A stretch of 64,000 nt of DNA, taken from contig JAQUNI010000003.1 in the NCBI GenBank assembly GCA_028717685.1, positions 311 through 64,310 on the forward strand, in the 5' to 3' direction. Shown here one piece after another: positions 53,292 to 62,711 of the stretch. This DNA comes from Patescibacteria group bacterium (lineage in GTDB: Bacteria; Patescibacteriota; JAQUNI01). A program made the translations under genes and the position numbers. Positions within the stretch are counted from its first letter, which is position 1, and each line of letters opens with the position of its first letter. Under the pieces are notes generated by a model. The model was not told where the DNA came from. It saw nothing but the letters and a program-made list of their open reading frames with translations, and did no database searches.

Positions 53292-54476
53292 TTATTCCCC
53301 GGACTGTACTCGTGAAGCTTCACATTTTTGGAGAATGAGGTTAAAGACCCGCTCGCTTGATTGACCATCCAAAAAGGTGAGCATTTTCTGACAGGTTTTG
53401 CGCCGTCCTCCCTGATTCAAATCCGGGCGGACTAGATATTGATTAATCGCCGCGAGGAAGTGTTTTTTATTTTTAACTACTGTGGTTCCCTGCTCCGTAA
53501 TGATATCTTTATAATGTTCTTTAAAATCGTGGTACACCGCGCTTTTGCGCCATCGCCAAAAGTCAAATGGTTTACCAAACATTACATTGATGGTCGGTGT
53601 GTCGCCGAGCATTGATTCTATGGCCGCTGTGGAAGAGAAATTGACCATGAGGTCGCTATGAATCCAAAGGCTCACAAGCATATACATATCTTGATCCGTA
53701 GGATTGTATTTGAACAAAGGGTGCGGAGCAGAATCTTTTCTGCCAAAGCTATAACGCAGTTTGACTTTGCATATCCGAGCATACTGTTCGTGTTTGGTAA
53801 TATCTCCTCCGGGATGAACCGAACAATAGATTTCCACAGGCATTTTTATTTTTTCTTGATCGCGCGCTTCGGCAATGATTTTGACTACATAGGAGATATC
53901 GTAAAGTTCAACCGTCGCAATATGGATTAACCTTTTTTTAGGGTTAACATTGAGGTAACGGCATAATTCTTCGCGCGAAGGGATTTTATCTTTATGCCAA
54001 AAGTAATCAAGGCGCGGCGAACCAACTATGTGAATTTGGTTGTCCTTGTAGCCAAAGATTCTTTGTGCATGTTCCTTCATCATTTCGTTCCAGACCAAGA
54101 GGGTGTCTACCTTGACCATTTCATTTTGGCGGCGTTGCATTTTCCAAATGTTATCCCAGCTTTCTATATAAGTGAATGTCGGAATTTTGCGTTTTTTCGC
54201 TTCTTTGAGAATAGGGATATCACATTCATCAAGACCAGTGGTTGTGGAAACAACGAGCGTGGGTTGGTATTGTTCAAAGATAGAAGGTTCCCATGTAACA
54301 AAAATAAAACCCGAGCCTTGAAATTCGCGAGTGAGGTCCGGATATCTGCTCATCGGGCTGACAATGATTAATTTTATTTTTTGCTCCCGAATTGCTTGTT
54401 CAAAAAAAGGTCGCAACGGTTTAAGAAGCGCGCGAGAGTGAGAGCCCGAGGGAACGGATAAAAAAATGGTCTTCAT
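53292..54476 (-). CDS. GT-B-fold transferase, TagF (CDP-glycerol glycerophosphotransferase)-like or bacterial sialyltransferase-like (HP motif).
   Basis: IVGSPRLDYF (compare TagF GYPRxD), CSVHPGG (HP motif), and HSDLMVNFSSTAAIESMLGDTPTI (compare ADxLITDYSSVxFD). The assignment is tentative. Confidence 0.4.
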   Translation of the reverse strand: MKTIFLSVPSGSHSRALLKPLRPFFEQAIREQKIKLIIVSPMSRYPDLTREFQGSGFIFVTWEPSIFEQYQPTLVVSTTTGLDECDIPILKEAKKRKIPTFTYIESWDNIWKMQRRQNEMVKVDTLLVWNEMMKEHAQRIFGYKDNQIHIVGSPRLDYFWHKDKIPSREELCRYLNVNPKKRLIHIATVELYDISYVVKIIAEARDQEKIKMPVEIYCSVHPGGDITKHEQYARICKVKLRYSFGRKDSAPHPLFKYNPTDQDMYMLVSLWIHSDLMVNFSSTAAIESMLGDTPTINVMFGKPFDFWRWRKSAVYHDFKEHYKDIITEQGTTVVKNKKHFLAAINQYLVRPDLNQGGRRKTCQKMLTFLDGQSSERVFNLILQKCEASRVQSGE

Positions 54477-54598
54477 AGAATATTTTTATCTTTTGGAAGA
54501 GGGTAAGCTTTTTTAGCATAGCATAAATTTAATGCCTTTTACAATTAAAATTTTTTAACCACTAAGGCAGAAGAATGTTATAGTTAACATCTTTATGT

Positions 54599-57094
54599 TT
54601 ATTTTCTTTTTTGCCGCAGAGATATTATTCCTATTGCGATGAGGAGCAGAAATGTGCCCGCGGAAATGTAGGCTCCTATTTTGACATTTTTGGGTTCAAA
54701 CTTGAAAACCACATTATGTTCCCCTTGGGTCAGGGCTACGCCGCGAGCAAGGTAATTGGCTCGGTAAATTTTATCTTTTTCCCCATCTATATAAACTTGC
54801 CAGCCAGGATAGTAGAGATCACTGAAGATTAAAAAGCCATTGTGAGTTAAATCGGTTTTAATGCTAATTTGATTGGGCGCGTATTGAGTGATTATGGCGT
54901 AGGAATCTTGGAGATCCTGACTTCCCTGCAGATGCGGCGTTTCTTCGAATACGGCAGTTTTCAAAGGGTTAAAAGAGGAATTATTCAAGCGCTCTAATAT
55001 TTTAATATCCTCTGTAATTACTTCTATTTGAGGAACGAGAAAAACACGGGGCAGGGCTTTTTGATTTTCATAAATTTTAATCTCCTGATTGTAGACTAAT
55101 TTAAAGCCCTCATCTTTAATTTCTTGTTTGGGCGGAGTAAGGATATATTTCACGTTAAAAAGATCAAGAAGAGGAGAATTATAGCGGGTGAGCCAAAGAT
55201 TGGTGTGAAATTGATTTGTGAGATTGGCGCGGTCATTGTTTTCAATAAAGCTCATATATTCGTCATAGCGCAAGGGGTAGATATTGTACTCCACGCCAAT
55301 GTCGGCAATATTGTAGTTAGCCAGAGCGTTTGGAAAGATGACATTCCAGCCATCGGTTGAGCTCACACGATACAGGCTGTGATCTTGCTTTAAGAAGGCA
55401 ACCGGCGGAATTTCTGGGAAGACATCCCTTCGCTTGGTGGGTATAGGGTTATAAAACCAACCAATATAGAAAAGATCCGCCAGGGTAAGGAGTAGAAAAA
55501 TAATTTTGAGAGAGCCAATTTTTATCTTACGTTGGTAAAATAAAATTAAAAGTGCGGAAGTGGCAGCAAGGAGCGCTAATGGTATGTAAATACTAGTATT
55601 AAAAAGACTAAAGTGGTTTTTCAAAATTTGGTACCAATTCAGTAATTCATTCCGGTAATAATTTATTCCTTGCTCTGGATTTGTTTTTAGAAAATATGTT
55701 GCGGAAATTTTTTCCCCTGTCTGGAGGAATAAATTTTTGACCCATGGAAGTCTTAAAAATAGACAAAACGCAAGTAAAATTACCAAGACCACGCTAAAAC
55801 CCTTTAAGATAACGAAAATTCTTTTTTTGTTTGCTTGGGCTTCTTGAAAAAAATAATTCAAACCATACGCGGCGAGGACAGAAGAGGCGAAGACGTAGAT
55901 AATATTGGCGCGATAGGTATTCCACATCTTGTTTATTAGGGGAAGATGGAGCGCCTCCTTTGCCCAGAGAGGAGTAAAAATTTGAAGTAGAACCAAAAAA
56001 AGAGAAATTCCCAGAAAAAATTTGATTTCCGCCTTTCGCCGCGTCCTTTTACTTATGGTTATGAGGGCGAAAAGAAAAGGCAGAAAACCGATATATGGGA
56101 GAGAGATGGGAGGGAAATCTAGATAGAGAAGATGGAGGGCGTTTCTTTCTATTTTGGCGAAGGCTTGGAAGTTGGTTTGGGTATCACCGAACACCTGCGG
56201 CGCTAAGGCGGTAAGAAGGTGCCAGGGCGTAATCCATTGCGCAAGTTCATTAGGGCTGCGGTGGCCTAAATTTTGGAGCTCAAGCATTGGCAAAAGTTGG
56301 ACCGCCGCCAAAGCAGACATTAAAATGAAAGGGAGAATAGAATAAACCAAGAGCCTTTTGAGATTTTTAGCGGTTTTGGCTGATTTCGCAAGTTTCACTA
56401 AAACATATAAGAAAGCAAAGCCAGTGACATAAAATCCCGTCTGGGGGTGGGCGGCAATGAATTGGAGGCTTAAGAAGACAGTCGCCAGAGCGCTGTAGAA
56501 AAACTTGCGGGTCTGGAAGACCTTTTCCAAGCAGAAGAAAATAAAAGGAATACTCCAAAGCGTCTGGGTCATCCAAGGGATTTCAAGCTTCAGCATCACG
56601 AGTGTGTTCAGCATATAAGCCAGAGCGCCGAAGACCCCTGCCCAAGCCTTAATTTTGAGGAGTCGCAAGTACAAAAAGAAACCTATACCCGCAAGAAAGA
56701 TCTTGATGATAATTGACCACGAATAAGCAATTTCCGGGGCAAAGAAGATGAATAACGGGCTTGTAAAACTAAGCATTAAGCTTGTGCTATTGGCAAAGAT
56801 AGGATAGCCTCCTGTAAGATAAGGCCACCAAAGCGGAAAATGACCCTTTTGAAACTCCGCACCGTAGAATTTAAAGGTGGGAAAATAGACGGTTGAGGAG
56901 TCACTACTGGTATAGGGTGGACGTTCCCCTTCAAAAAAAGTGGGCAAATAAGCGCTCCAAGGGAGTTTATCGGATAGCGCTGACATATCCACCAGCACGT
57001 GGTCTTCAAAAATCACCTTATAAAAGAAGCCTAGCACTACGAGAAGAATGAAGAGAAATGGCAGAATTTTTTTGAGCATATTGTATATATTCAT
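54599..57094 (-). CDS. Large polytopic membrane protein, YfhO-like (putative GT-C glycosyltransferase acting on polyprenyl-phosphate sugars).
   Basis: About 830 aa, many N-terminal TM helices, a large extracytoplasmic domain and a single C-terminal TM helix, as in YfhO. Confidence 0.45.
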   Translation of the reverse strand: MNIYNMLKKILPFLFILLVVLGFFYKVIFEDHVLVDMSALSDKLPWSAYLPTFFEGERPPYTSSDSSTVYFPTFKFYGAEFQKGHFPLWWPYLTGGYPIFANSTSLMLSFTSPLFIFFAPEIAYSWSIIIKIFLAGIGFFLYLRLLKIKAWAGVFGALAYMLNTLVMLKLEIPWMTQTLWSIPFIFFCLEKVFQTRKFFYSALATVFLSLQFIAAHPQTGFYVTGFAFLYVLVKLAKSAKTAKNLKRLLVYSILPFILMSALAAVQLLPMLELQNLGHRSPNELAQWITPWHLLTALAPQVFGDTQTNFQAFAKIERNALHLLYLDFPPISLPYIGFLPFLFALITISKRTRRKAEIKFFLGISLFLVLLQIFTPLWAKEALHLPLINKMWNTYRANIIYVFASSVLAAYGLNYFFQEAQANKKRIFVILKGFSVVLVILLAFCLFLRLPWVKNLFLQTGEKISATYFLKTNPEQGINYYRNELLNWYQILKNHFSLFNTSIYIPLALLAATSALLILFYQRKIKIGSLKIIFLLLTLADLFYIGWFYNPIPTKRRDVFPEIPPVAFLKQDHSLYRVSSTDGWNVIFPNALANYNIADIGVEYNIYPLRYDEYMSFIENNDRANLTNQFHTNLWLTRYNSPLLDLFNVKYILTPPKQEIKDEGFKLVYNQEIKIYENQKALPRVFLVPQIEVITEDIKILERLNNSSFNPLKTAVFEETPHLQGSQDLQDSYAIITQYAPNQISIKTDLTHNGFLIFSDLYYPGWQVYIDGEKDKIYRANYLARGVALTQGEHNVVFKFEPKNVKIGAYISAGTFLLLIAIGIISLRQKRK

Positions 57095-57204
57095 TATACT
57101 AGTTTAAGGCAAATTAGGGGGGAAATCAAGGTTTTAGATATTTCATTTTTTGTCAGTTTGTGCTACCATATGCTTATATTTTAAATAAGCGAAAGAAAGA
57201 TTTT

Positions 57205-58062
57205 ATGAAAAAATTGATTATTAACGCGGATGATTTCGGCTTATCGCGAAGCGTCAATCGCGGCATTATTGAGTGTTTTCAAAAGGGCGTTGTGAGGAGC
57301 GCTACTTTAATGCCGAATATGCCGGGATTTATAGATGCTGCGCGGCTCGCTCGAGAAAATACAGGTTTGGATATTGGCGCGCATTTGAATATTTATCGGG
57401 GCAGGCCTGTCTTACCGCCAGATAAAATCCCCTCTTTAGTAAACAGAGAGGGAATGTTTTTGGCTTCTTTTGCTCTGGTGCGGCGGATTTATTTGGGTCA
57501 GGTGCATTCCGAAGAGGTGGAGGCAGAGTTTAAAGCGCAGATTGCGAAAATCAAAGAAGCGGGCGTGGTGGTTACCCACCTCGATAGTGAAAAACATTTT
57601 CACGCTCTGCCGACTATTGCGCCGGTGGTGGCTCATCTCGCGGCTTATTTTAATATTCCGAGGGTGCGTCTGCCGCGGGAAAAGTGGTCGCCTAAGCATT
57701 TATCTGACCTTTTCTTTTCCCAATTCTATAAAATGCAATATTTAGCCTTCCGCTCTAATTTTTTGGCCGCGGAATTTAAAAGACATAAAATCAAATTCGT
57801 TGACAATTTCTACGGAATATTATATAGTGGAAAGATTAATTTGCAAGGGTTTCTGAAATTGTTGGAACAGTTAGATCCTGGGAATTCAGAATTAATGGTC
57901 CATCCCGGCTATGTGGACGAGGAATTAGAGGATCTTGCTCGCGGACTCAATAATCATCTTGTGGAAACGCGCGAAGAGGAGCTTAAGATTTTGACCCATC
58001 CTTTGGTGCAAGCCAAGATTCAGGAACAAGGGATTCAACTGATAAATTATCAAGATATCTAG
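57205..58062 (+). CDS. YdjC/ChbG-family carbohydrate deacetylase.
   Basis: INADDFGLS hallmark and His residues. The start is probably ATG at 57205 after GAAAGAAAG; the ORF is open from 57160. Confidence 0.75.
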   Translation: MKKLIINADDFGLSRSVNRGIIECFQKGVVRSATLMPNMPGFIDAARLARENTGLDIGAHLNIYRGRPVLPPDKIPSLVNREGMFLASFALVRRIYLGQVHSEEVEAEFKAQIAKIKEAGVVVTHLDSEKHFHALPTIAPVVAHLAAYFNIPRVRLPREKWSPKHLSDLFFSQFYKMQYLAFRSNFLAAEFKRHKIKFVDNFYGILYSGKINLQGFLKLLEQLDPGNSELMVHPGYVDEELEDLARGLNNHLVETREEELKILTHPLVQAKIQEQGIQLINYQDI

Positions 58063-58080
58063 AATTTTGGTTATTAATTT

Positions 58081-59031
58081 ATGCCGTCTCTTAATCTTTC
58101 CATTGTTATTCCGGTATTGAATGAAGAGAAAAATGTTCCCCTGCTCTATAAGCAATTAAAGCAGGTTCTATTTAGTTTGCAGAAAGATTGGGAAGTAATC
58201 TTTGTTGATGACGGAAGCTATGACCAAACCTTCAAAATTTTACGAGAATTACATCTTGCGGACCGAAGGGTGAAGGTTATTAAATTTACTCGCAATTTTG
58301 GCAAAGCCGCGGCTTACAGTGCCGGCTTCCGGATGGCGCGAGGCCAGATTATTGTCACTATGGATGGCGATTTGCAGGATGATCCGCATGATATTCCCCG
58401 TCTTTTAGAAGCCTTGAGCCAGGGTTATGATTTAGTCACGGGCTGGAAAAATACAGGTAAAAGTTCACCCGCTAAATTTTTAGCCTCTCGTTTTTTTAAC
58501 CGTCTCATCACCTTTTTTATGGGCCTTAAAGTTCACGACTTGAATTGTCCCATAAAAGCTTATCGCGCCGCTGTAGCCAAGCAATTAAATCTTTATGGCG
58601 ATCTTTATCGCTATATTCCGATTTTGGCGCATGATGCGGGTTATCGGGTGGGCGAGATTCCAGTGCAAAATCACCCCCGTAAGTGGGGCCGAAGCAAATA
58701 CAAAAGCGGAAAATATTTCAAAAGCCTTTTGGATTTTATCACGATTTATTTCCTCGTTCGCTATTCCCGCAAGCCCTTGCATTTCTTCGGTGTTGCCGGA
58801 ATAGGTTTTGGTTTTTTAGGGACAATAATCGGCTTTTATTTATTGGCAAGAAAATTTGTTTATCATATTGAAATTATGAAAGAACACGGGCCCTTGCTCG
58901 TGTTCGCGGTTCTTTTAATAATCGTTGGTTTTCAAATGGTGAGCTTCGGGCTTTTAGCCGAAATGCTGACAAGGATTTATCAAAGGGAAAATCAACAGGA
59001 AGTGTGTTCAGTGGAGAAGGTTTTAGAATAG
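58081..59031 (+). CDS. GT2 polyprenyl-phosphate glycosyltransferase (GtrB/CsbB/ArnC-like) with two C-terminal TM helices.
   Basis: LSIVIPVLNEE...VIFVDDGSYD...DGDLQDDP GT-A motifs and a C-terminal TM pair. Confidence 0.8.
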   Translation: MPSLNLSIVIPVLNEEKNVPLLYKQLKQVLFSLQKDWEVIFVDDGSYDQTFKILRELHLADRRVKVIKFTRNFGKAAAYSAGFRMARGQIIVTMDGDLQDDPHDIPRLLEALSQGYDLVTGWKNTGKSSPAKFLASRFFNRLITFFMGLKVHDLNCPIKAYRAAVAKQLNLYGDLYRYIPILAHDAGYRVGEIPVQNHPRKWGRSKYKSGKYFKSLLDFITIYFLVRYSRKPLHFFGVAGIGFGFLGTIIGFYLLARKFVYHIEIMKEHGPLLVFAVLLIIVGFQMVSFGLLAEMLTRIYQRENQQEVCSVEKVLE

Positions 59032-59131
59032 TATTACAACGTCTTGCATTTTGGCTCCACAGTCCCTCGCTTCGCTCGGGAACTATGGAGCCAACGAATG
59101 GCTTTGTTTGTATTAAGAAGGGAGAATTATA

Positions 59132-59626
59132 ATGGAAAATAGTGAAGAACGAATTCAGGTTTTGAACGAAACAGCTATTATGGTTAACCTGGACGTTCCA
59201 CCGGAACTGCCTTTTAATAACGCGAGCGTTGAAGAGAATATCGGTGGTGGATGGGTTAAGGTTGAAAAACGCGAAGACGGCTTATATATAGATGACCACA
59301 AAGTTATTTTGTATTTATCAGAAAAACAGAAGAATGGCCGGATGAGTGGGCGTGAGCTTCGTAAGGAACTTTTAGGAAAGCCCGTGCTCCACCCGAATAT
59401 TCTAGACGTTCTTATTCTTCATCGTCCAAAGTTTATTCCAGAGGACTGGAAAAAGGGTAAGCACTATTACGTCTTTATCTTTTTCTGGGCAGTCATTTTC
59501 CGCCACTCCTGCGGTAGCCTCTGTGTCCGTTGCCTCTTTCTCCGCGATGGCAATTGGGGCTGGGGCTGCTACGGTCTTGACAGTGACTGGAGCGACTTCG
59601 AACCCGCGGCGTTGCTCGAAAGCTGA
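59132..59626 (+). CDS. Hypothetical protein (164 aa). The 3' third has an atypical GC-rich, Cys/Trp-rich composition.
   Basis: Good GGGAG RBS. The N-terminal two thirds have normal composition. After about 59470 the codon and GC character change and an alternative-frame ORF (59523-59729) overlaps. Confidence 0.45.
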   Translation: MENSEERIQVLNETAIMVNLDVPPELPFNNASVEENIGGGWVKVEKREDGLYIDDHKVILYLSEKQKNGRMSGRELRKELLGKPVLHPNILDVLILHRPKFIPEDWKKGKHYYVFIFFWAVIFRHSCGSLCVRCLFLRDGNWGWGCYGLDSDWSDFEPAALLES

Positions 59627-59760
59627 AAGTCTCTTCGAGCCTGAGGCTCTCAGAGCCGAACGGCCTGACGGAGGAAGGGCTAGTACTTTAAGACTTTGTT
59701 TCTTGGATCTTCTGGATTTTTGGAACTAAAGTCATTGGAATATTATGCGCTTACAATTTT

Positions 59761-59795
59761 AGGTCTCACGCGGAAATGCATGAGGTCTTTTTTAT
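59761..59795 (+). terminator. Probable rho-independent terminator (aggtctca...tgaggtct, then a run of T).
   Basis: Imperfect 8-bp stem followed by six T downstream of the 59132 gene. Confidence 0.4.
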
Positions 59796-59815
59796 TATCT
59801 TAAATCATTGATATT

Positions 59816-59938
59816 TCGTCATTGCGAGGAGGGCCTTTAAGCCCGACGAAGCAATCTCATCAAGCTATATTAATACAGATTTAGGAGATTGCTTCGGTCT
59901 CCGCCCAAGGCGGATCCCTCGCAATGACGATACGCCTC
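59816..59938. repeat. About 125 bp nested palindromic element, copy 2 (cgtcattgcgaggagg...cctcgcaatgacga; gacgaagcaatctc...gagattgcttcgg; inner gggcctttaagccc and tccgcccaaggcgga hairpins).
   Basis: Near-perfect long inverted repeat with the same arm words as 47583-47724. Confidence 0.75.
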
Positions 59939-59943
59939 GTAAT

Positions 59944-61080
59944 TCATAGTATCTTTAATAGTTTTTCTTTTGATTTTGCATAATTATTTTCGGATAGTTT
60001 GGCTGACGCGTGTTGTTGAATATTTTGATAAAAAGCGGGGTCAGAGATTAATTTTTCCGCAAGCTCTATCCCCTGCTTTATCCCCGCAATATCAGGAATG
60101 GACAGTTTTGGGAAGAATTCTAATTGATTATTGGCGTTTATGCCGATACTGGGCGTGCCTACGGCGGCGCAATCAGCCTGTAAGCGGCCCAAGGTCCAAG
60201 TCTGGTCCATATTAATAACCAGGAAAAAGCACGCCAGTCTCTTTAAATTTTCCTGCCACTTTAAGAAAGGAATAATCTCAAAGCGGGCATGCGCTGTTTC
60301 AAGTGGCGCAATATTTGAACGGGGGTAATCTACCACCTGGATTAAAAACTCTGGATATTTTTTCTGGATTTGAACTGCGGCGAATTGGCCAGCGAAATTA
60401 TCTGTCCGTCCGGTTTCGCCAGCCACGAGAATAACTTTTTCTTTTTCTTCTCTTTTTTTAAAAAACCGGTGGGCATATTCAAAAGGATAGAATTGCGGAA
60501 AATAAACTACTTTGGCGGGAAGAAAGGATTGGAGATAATCCTGCGCGTCGTGATTCACATTAATAAAGATATTACAATTATTAGCAAAGGTTTTAAAAGC
60601 GCGAAATTCATTTTCCTTTTTCCAGACCTCGCGCAATATTCCTAAAGGACTGACAATGGAACCTAAATAGATCGCGTTGGGATTCACTTTTTTCGTTTTT
60701 CTGATTAAATCTGCCATTAGAGGCATAGAGAAGCTGTGCACCAGGAACAAAATAAGATTAAATTTTTTAAGATAATCCAAATTGCGATAAATTGGTTTTC
60801 TTTGAATCTTTTCCATGGTCAGATCTAGTTTGCGGCCGAGTTTATAAGAAAGGGTATGGGGATTTTGACGGCGGCGCAAAAAGTTGACCGGAATATGCTC
60901 TCCAGAGAACGCCGATGTCCAGCAGCCAAAAGAAGTAGGGTCAATTTCCGTTTCAGGATCGCAAAGATAATTAGGTTTTTCCGGGGTGGGTTGCCAAATT
61001 CTGCCGGTTTTAGTGGAATATTCAATACAGGCAAATCTCATTTTTTCTATATATTTTTGGGAAATTTTATTCTTGGACAT
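59944..61080 (-). CDS. Putative divergent GT-B-fold glycosyltransferase.
   Basis: C-terminal segment DQTWTLGRLQADCAAVGTPSIG aligns in pattern with the GT4 EGFG..LLEAMA.G.PVV motif. Otherwise unrecognised. Confidence 0.35.
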   Translation of the reverse strand: MSKNKISQKYIEKMRFACIEYSTKTGRIWQPTPEKPNYLCDPETEIDPTSFGCWTSAFSGEHIPVNFLRRRQNPHTLSYKLGRKLDLTMEKIQRKPIYRNLDYLKKFNLILFLVHSFSMPLMADLIRKTKKVNPNAIYLGSIVSPLGILREVWKKENEFRAFKTFANNCNIFINVNHDAQDYLQSFLPAKVVYFPQFYPFEYAHRFFKKREEKEKVILVAGETGRTDNFAGQFAAVQIQKKYPEFLIQVVDYPRSNIAPLETAHARFEIIPFLKWQENLKRLACFFLVINMDQTWTLGRLQADCAAVGTPSIGINANNQLEFFPKLSIPDIAGIKQGIELAEKLISDPAFYQNIQQHASAKLSENNYAKSKEKLLKIL

Positions 61081-62680
61081 TGGTTTGGAAAAATTTTTGG
61101 TTAATTTTCGCCCGTACCAGTTCTAAAATAAGCTTCATCTCTTTAAGCTTCACTAAATAAGCGCAGAGGAAATAGAGAAAAACACTGGGAATAACGACGG
61201 CGAGGAGGGCTAAACTTTGATCCCAAAGACGGGAGCGGTCGATATGGCTATAAATAAGGGGTTTACTTAAAAAGAGAAAGATTCCCATCAACAGGCTTGG
61301 CAGCAAAATTTTAAGATAATATTTATCCCAGAGCACCGATTTTATCTGCGGCAAATACCGAGTTAAAAAATAAGAATGAAGGAGGAGAGAAAGAATATTG
61401 GTCAGGGAGGTAGCAAGCGCCAGCCCTCCGTGAGCCAAAGGTCGGACCAAAAGAAAATTTAAGGCAATATTAAAAGTAATTACCAAAATTGTAATTTTGA
61501 CTAAGATTTTAGTTTTCTCAAGACTGTAAAAAACATTTGCTAGAATATTAGTAATACCCGTGGCAAAGAGACCGAGAGTGAAGAAGAGAAGGGCATAAGC
61601 CGTGGCTTCTGTATCTTGGAAGGTAAATTCTCCTCTTTGGAAAATAATTTGGGTAAGCGGCAGACGGAGGATGACCAAGCCAATACTTACGGGGATGATG
61701 GCAAAAAGAATCATTCTGATGGTGAGGCTAATCGCTTTTAATAATTCCTGACGTTCTCCTCTCGCGATTTTTTCTGCGAAGACGGGAAAAGAGACGATGG
61801 GAATAGCGAAAAGAAAAATCTGGGACACGAGTTTCATTATCCTTTCGGCATAATACAAAGCAGAGAGACTGCCGCTTGTTAATTCCGAGGCTAACATACG
61901 ATTAGTTACCGTGCTCGCTTGAGCTAAAATTGTGGAGATGATAAAAGGGGAAACTAGAATAATGATTTTACGAATGATGGGATCACGCCAATTAAAAGAT
62001 AAGGAATATCTAAACCCCTGTTTATAGAGAGCTTGAAAGATCACCAGAAATTCCAAAACAGCAGTAGCTAAAAACGCCCAACTTAAAATATAAACATCCA
62101 GTTTTTGGCGGAAAACAAGAAGTGCAGAAATCACTACTAATGGTAGAATAAGTTTAATTAAGGCAGGGATGGTGAATTTTTTAAAGGCATACAAGATTGA
62201 CGTACCGAGGATGGTAAGGATATTAAAAAGAATGGCGGGGAAAAGAATTAAGGTAAGGTTGGTGGTCAATTTTTGCGTCAGGGAGTCAAAACCAGGCACA
62301 AGAATTTTCACGATGAGTGGCGTTAAAATCATTCCTAAAACAATGAGAATCACAAAAACGGTGGAGATAATATTGAATAGATTGACCGCAATCTTCCATG
62401 CCTCTTTTTCTTTATTTCGATGAATATATTTGACAAAAATGGGCACAAAAACGATGGAGAGGATGCCGACTTGAAGGATTTTAGTAAAGATATCAGGGAT
62501 CGTGCGGGCGGCAACAAAGGCGTCAATTTCCTTGCCAGCGCCAAAAACATAGGCGGTCAATGTTTGTTGGGCAAATCCTAAAACACCAGCCACTAAGGTG
62601 ACGAATGTGATGATAAGCGTAGATTTGGCAGCCTGATGATAACGCATAAATTTTATTGTTCCATTGTTCAATTGTTTCAT
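61067..62680 (-). CDS. murJ: MOP-superfamily lipid-linked oligosaccharide flippase, MurJ/MviN-like.
   Basis: About 14 TM helices with an N-terminus resembling MurJ (LGFAQQTLTAYVFGAGKEIDAFVAARTIPDIF). Start taken as ATG at 62680; the ORF is open to 62737 (TTG). Confidence 0.6.
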   Translation of the reverse strand: MKQLNNGTIKFMRYHQAAKSTLIITFVTLVAGVLGFAQQTLTAYVFGAGKEIDAFVAARTIPDIFTKILQVGILSIVFVPIFVKYIHRNKEKEAWKIAVNLFNIISTVFVILIVLGMILTPLIVKILVPGFDSLTQKLTTNLTLILFPAILFNILTILGTSILYAFKKFTIPALIKLILPLVVISALLVFRQKLDVYILSWAFLATAVLEFLVIFQALYKQGFRYSLSFNWRDPIIRKIIILVSPFIISTILAQASTVTNRMLASELTSGSLSALYYAERIMKLVSQIFLFAIPIVSFPVFAEKIARGERQELLKAISLTIRMILFAIIPVSIGLVILRLPLTQIIFQRGEFTFQDTEATAYALLFFTLGLFATGITNILANVFYSLEKTKILVKITILVITFNIALNFLLVRPLAHGGLALATSLTNILSLLLHSYFLTRYLPQIKSVLWDKYYLKILLPSLLMGIFLFLSKPLIYSHIDRSRLWDQSLALLAVVIPSVFLYFLCAYLVKLKEMKLILELVRAKINQKFFQTNVQE

Positions 62681-62711
62681 TGTTAAAAACCAAAGAGTAA
62701 TGGAATAGTGT

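Noticed and set aside
59560-59620. tRNA-like T-loop sequence (cgcgggttcgaagtcgc).
   Set aside because: The flanking bases do not form a T-stem and no acceptor or anticodon arms can be drawn. No tRNA could be supported anywhere in the window.
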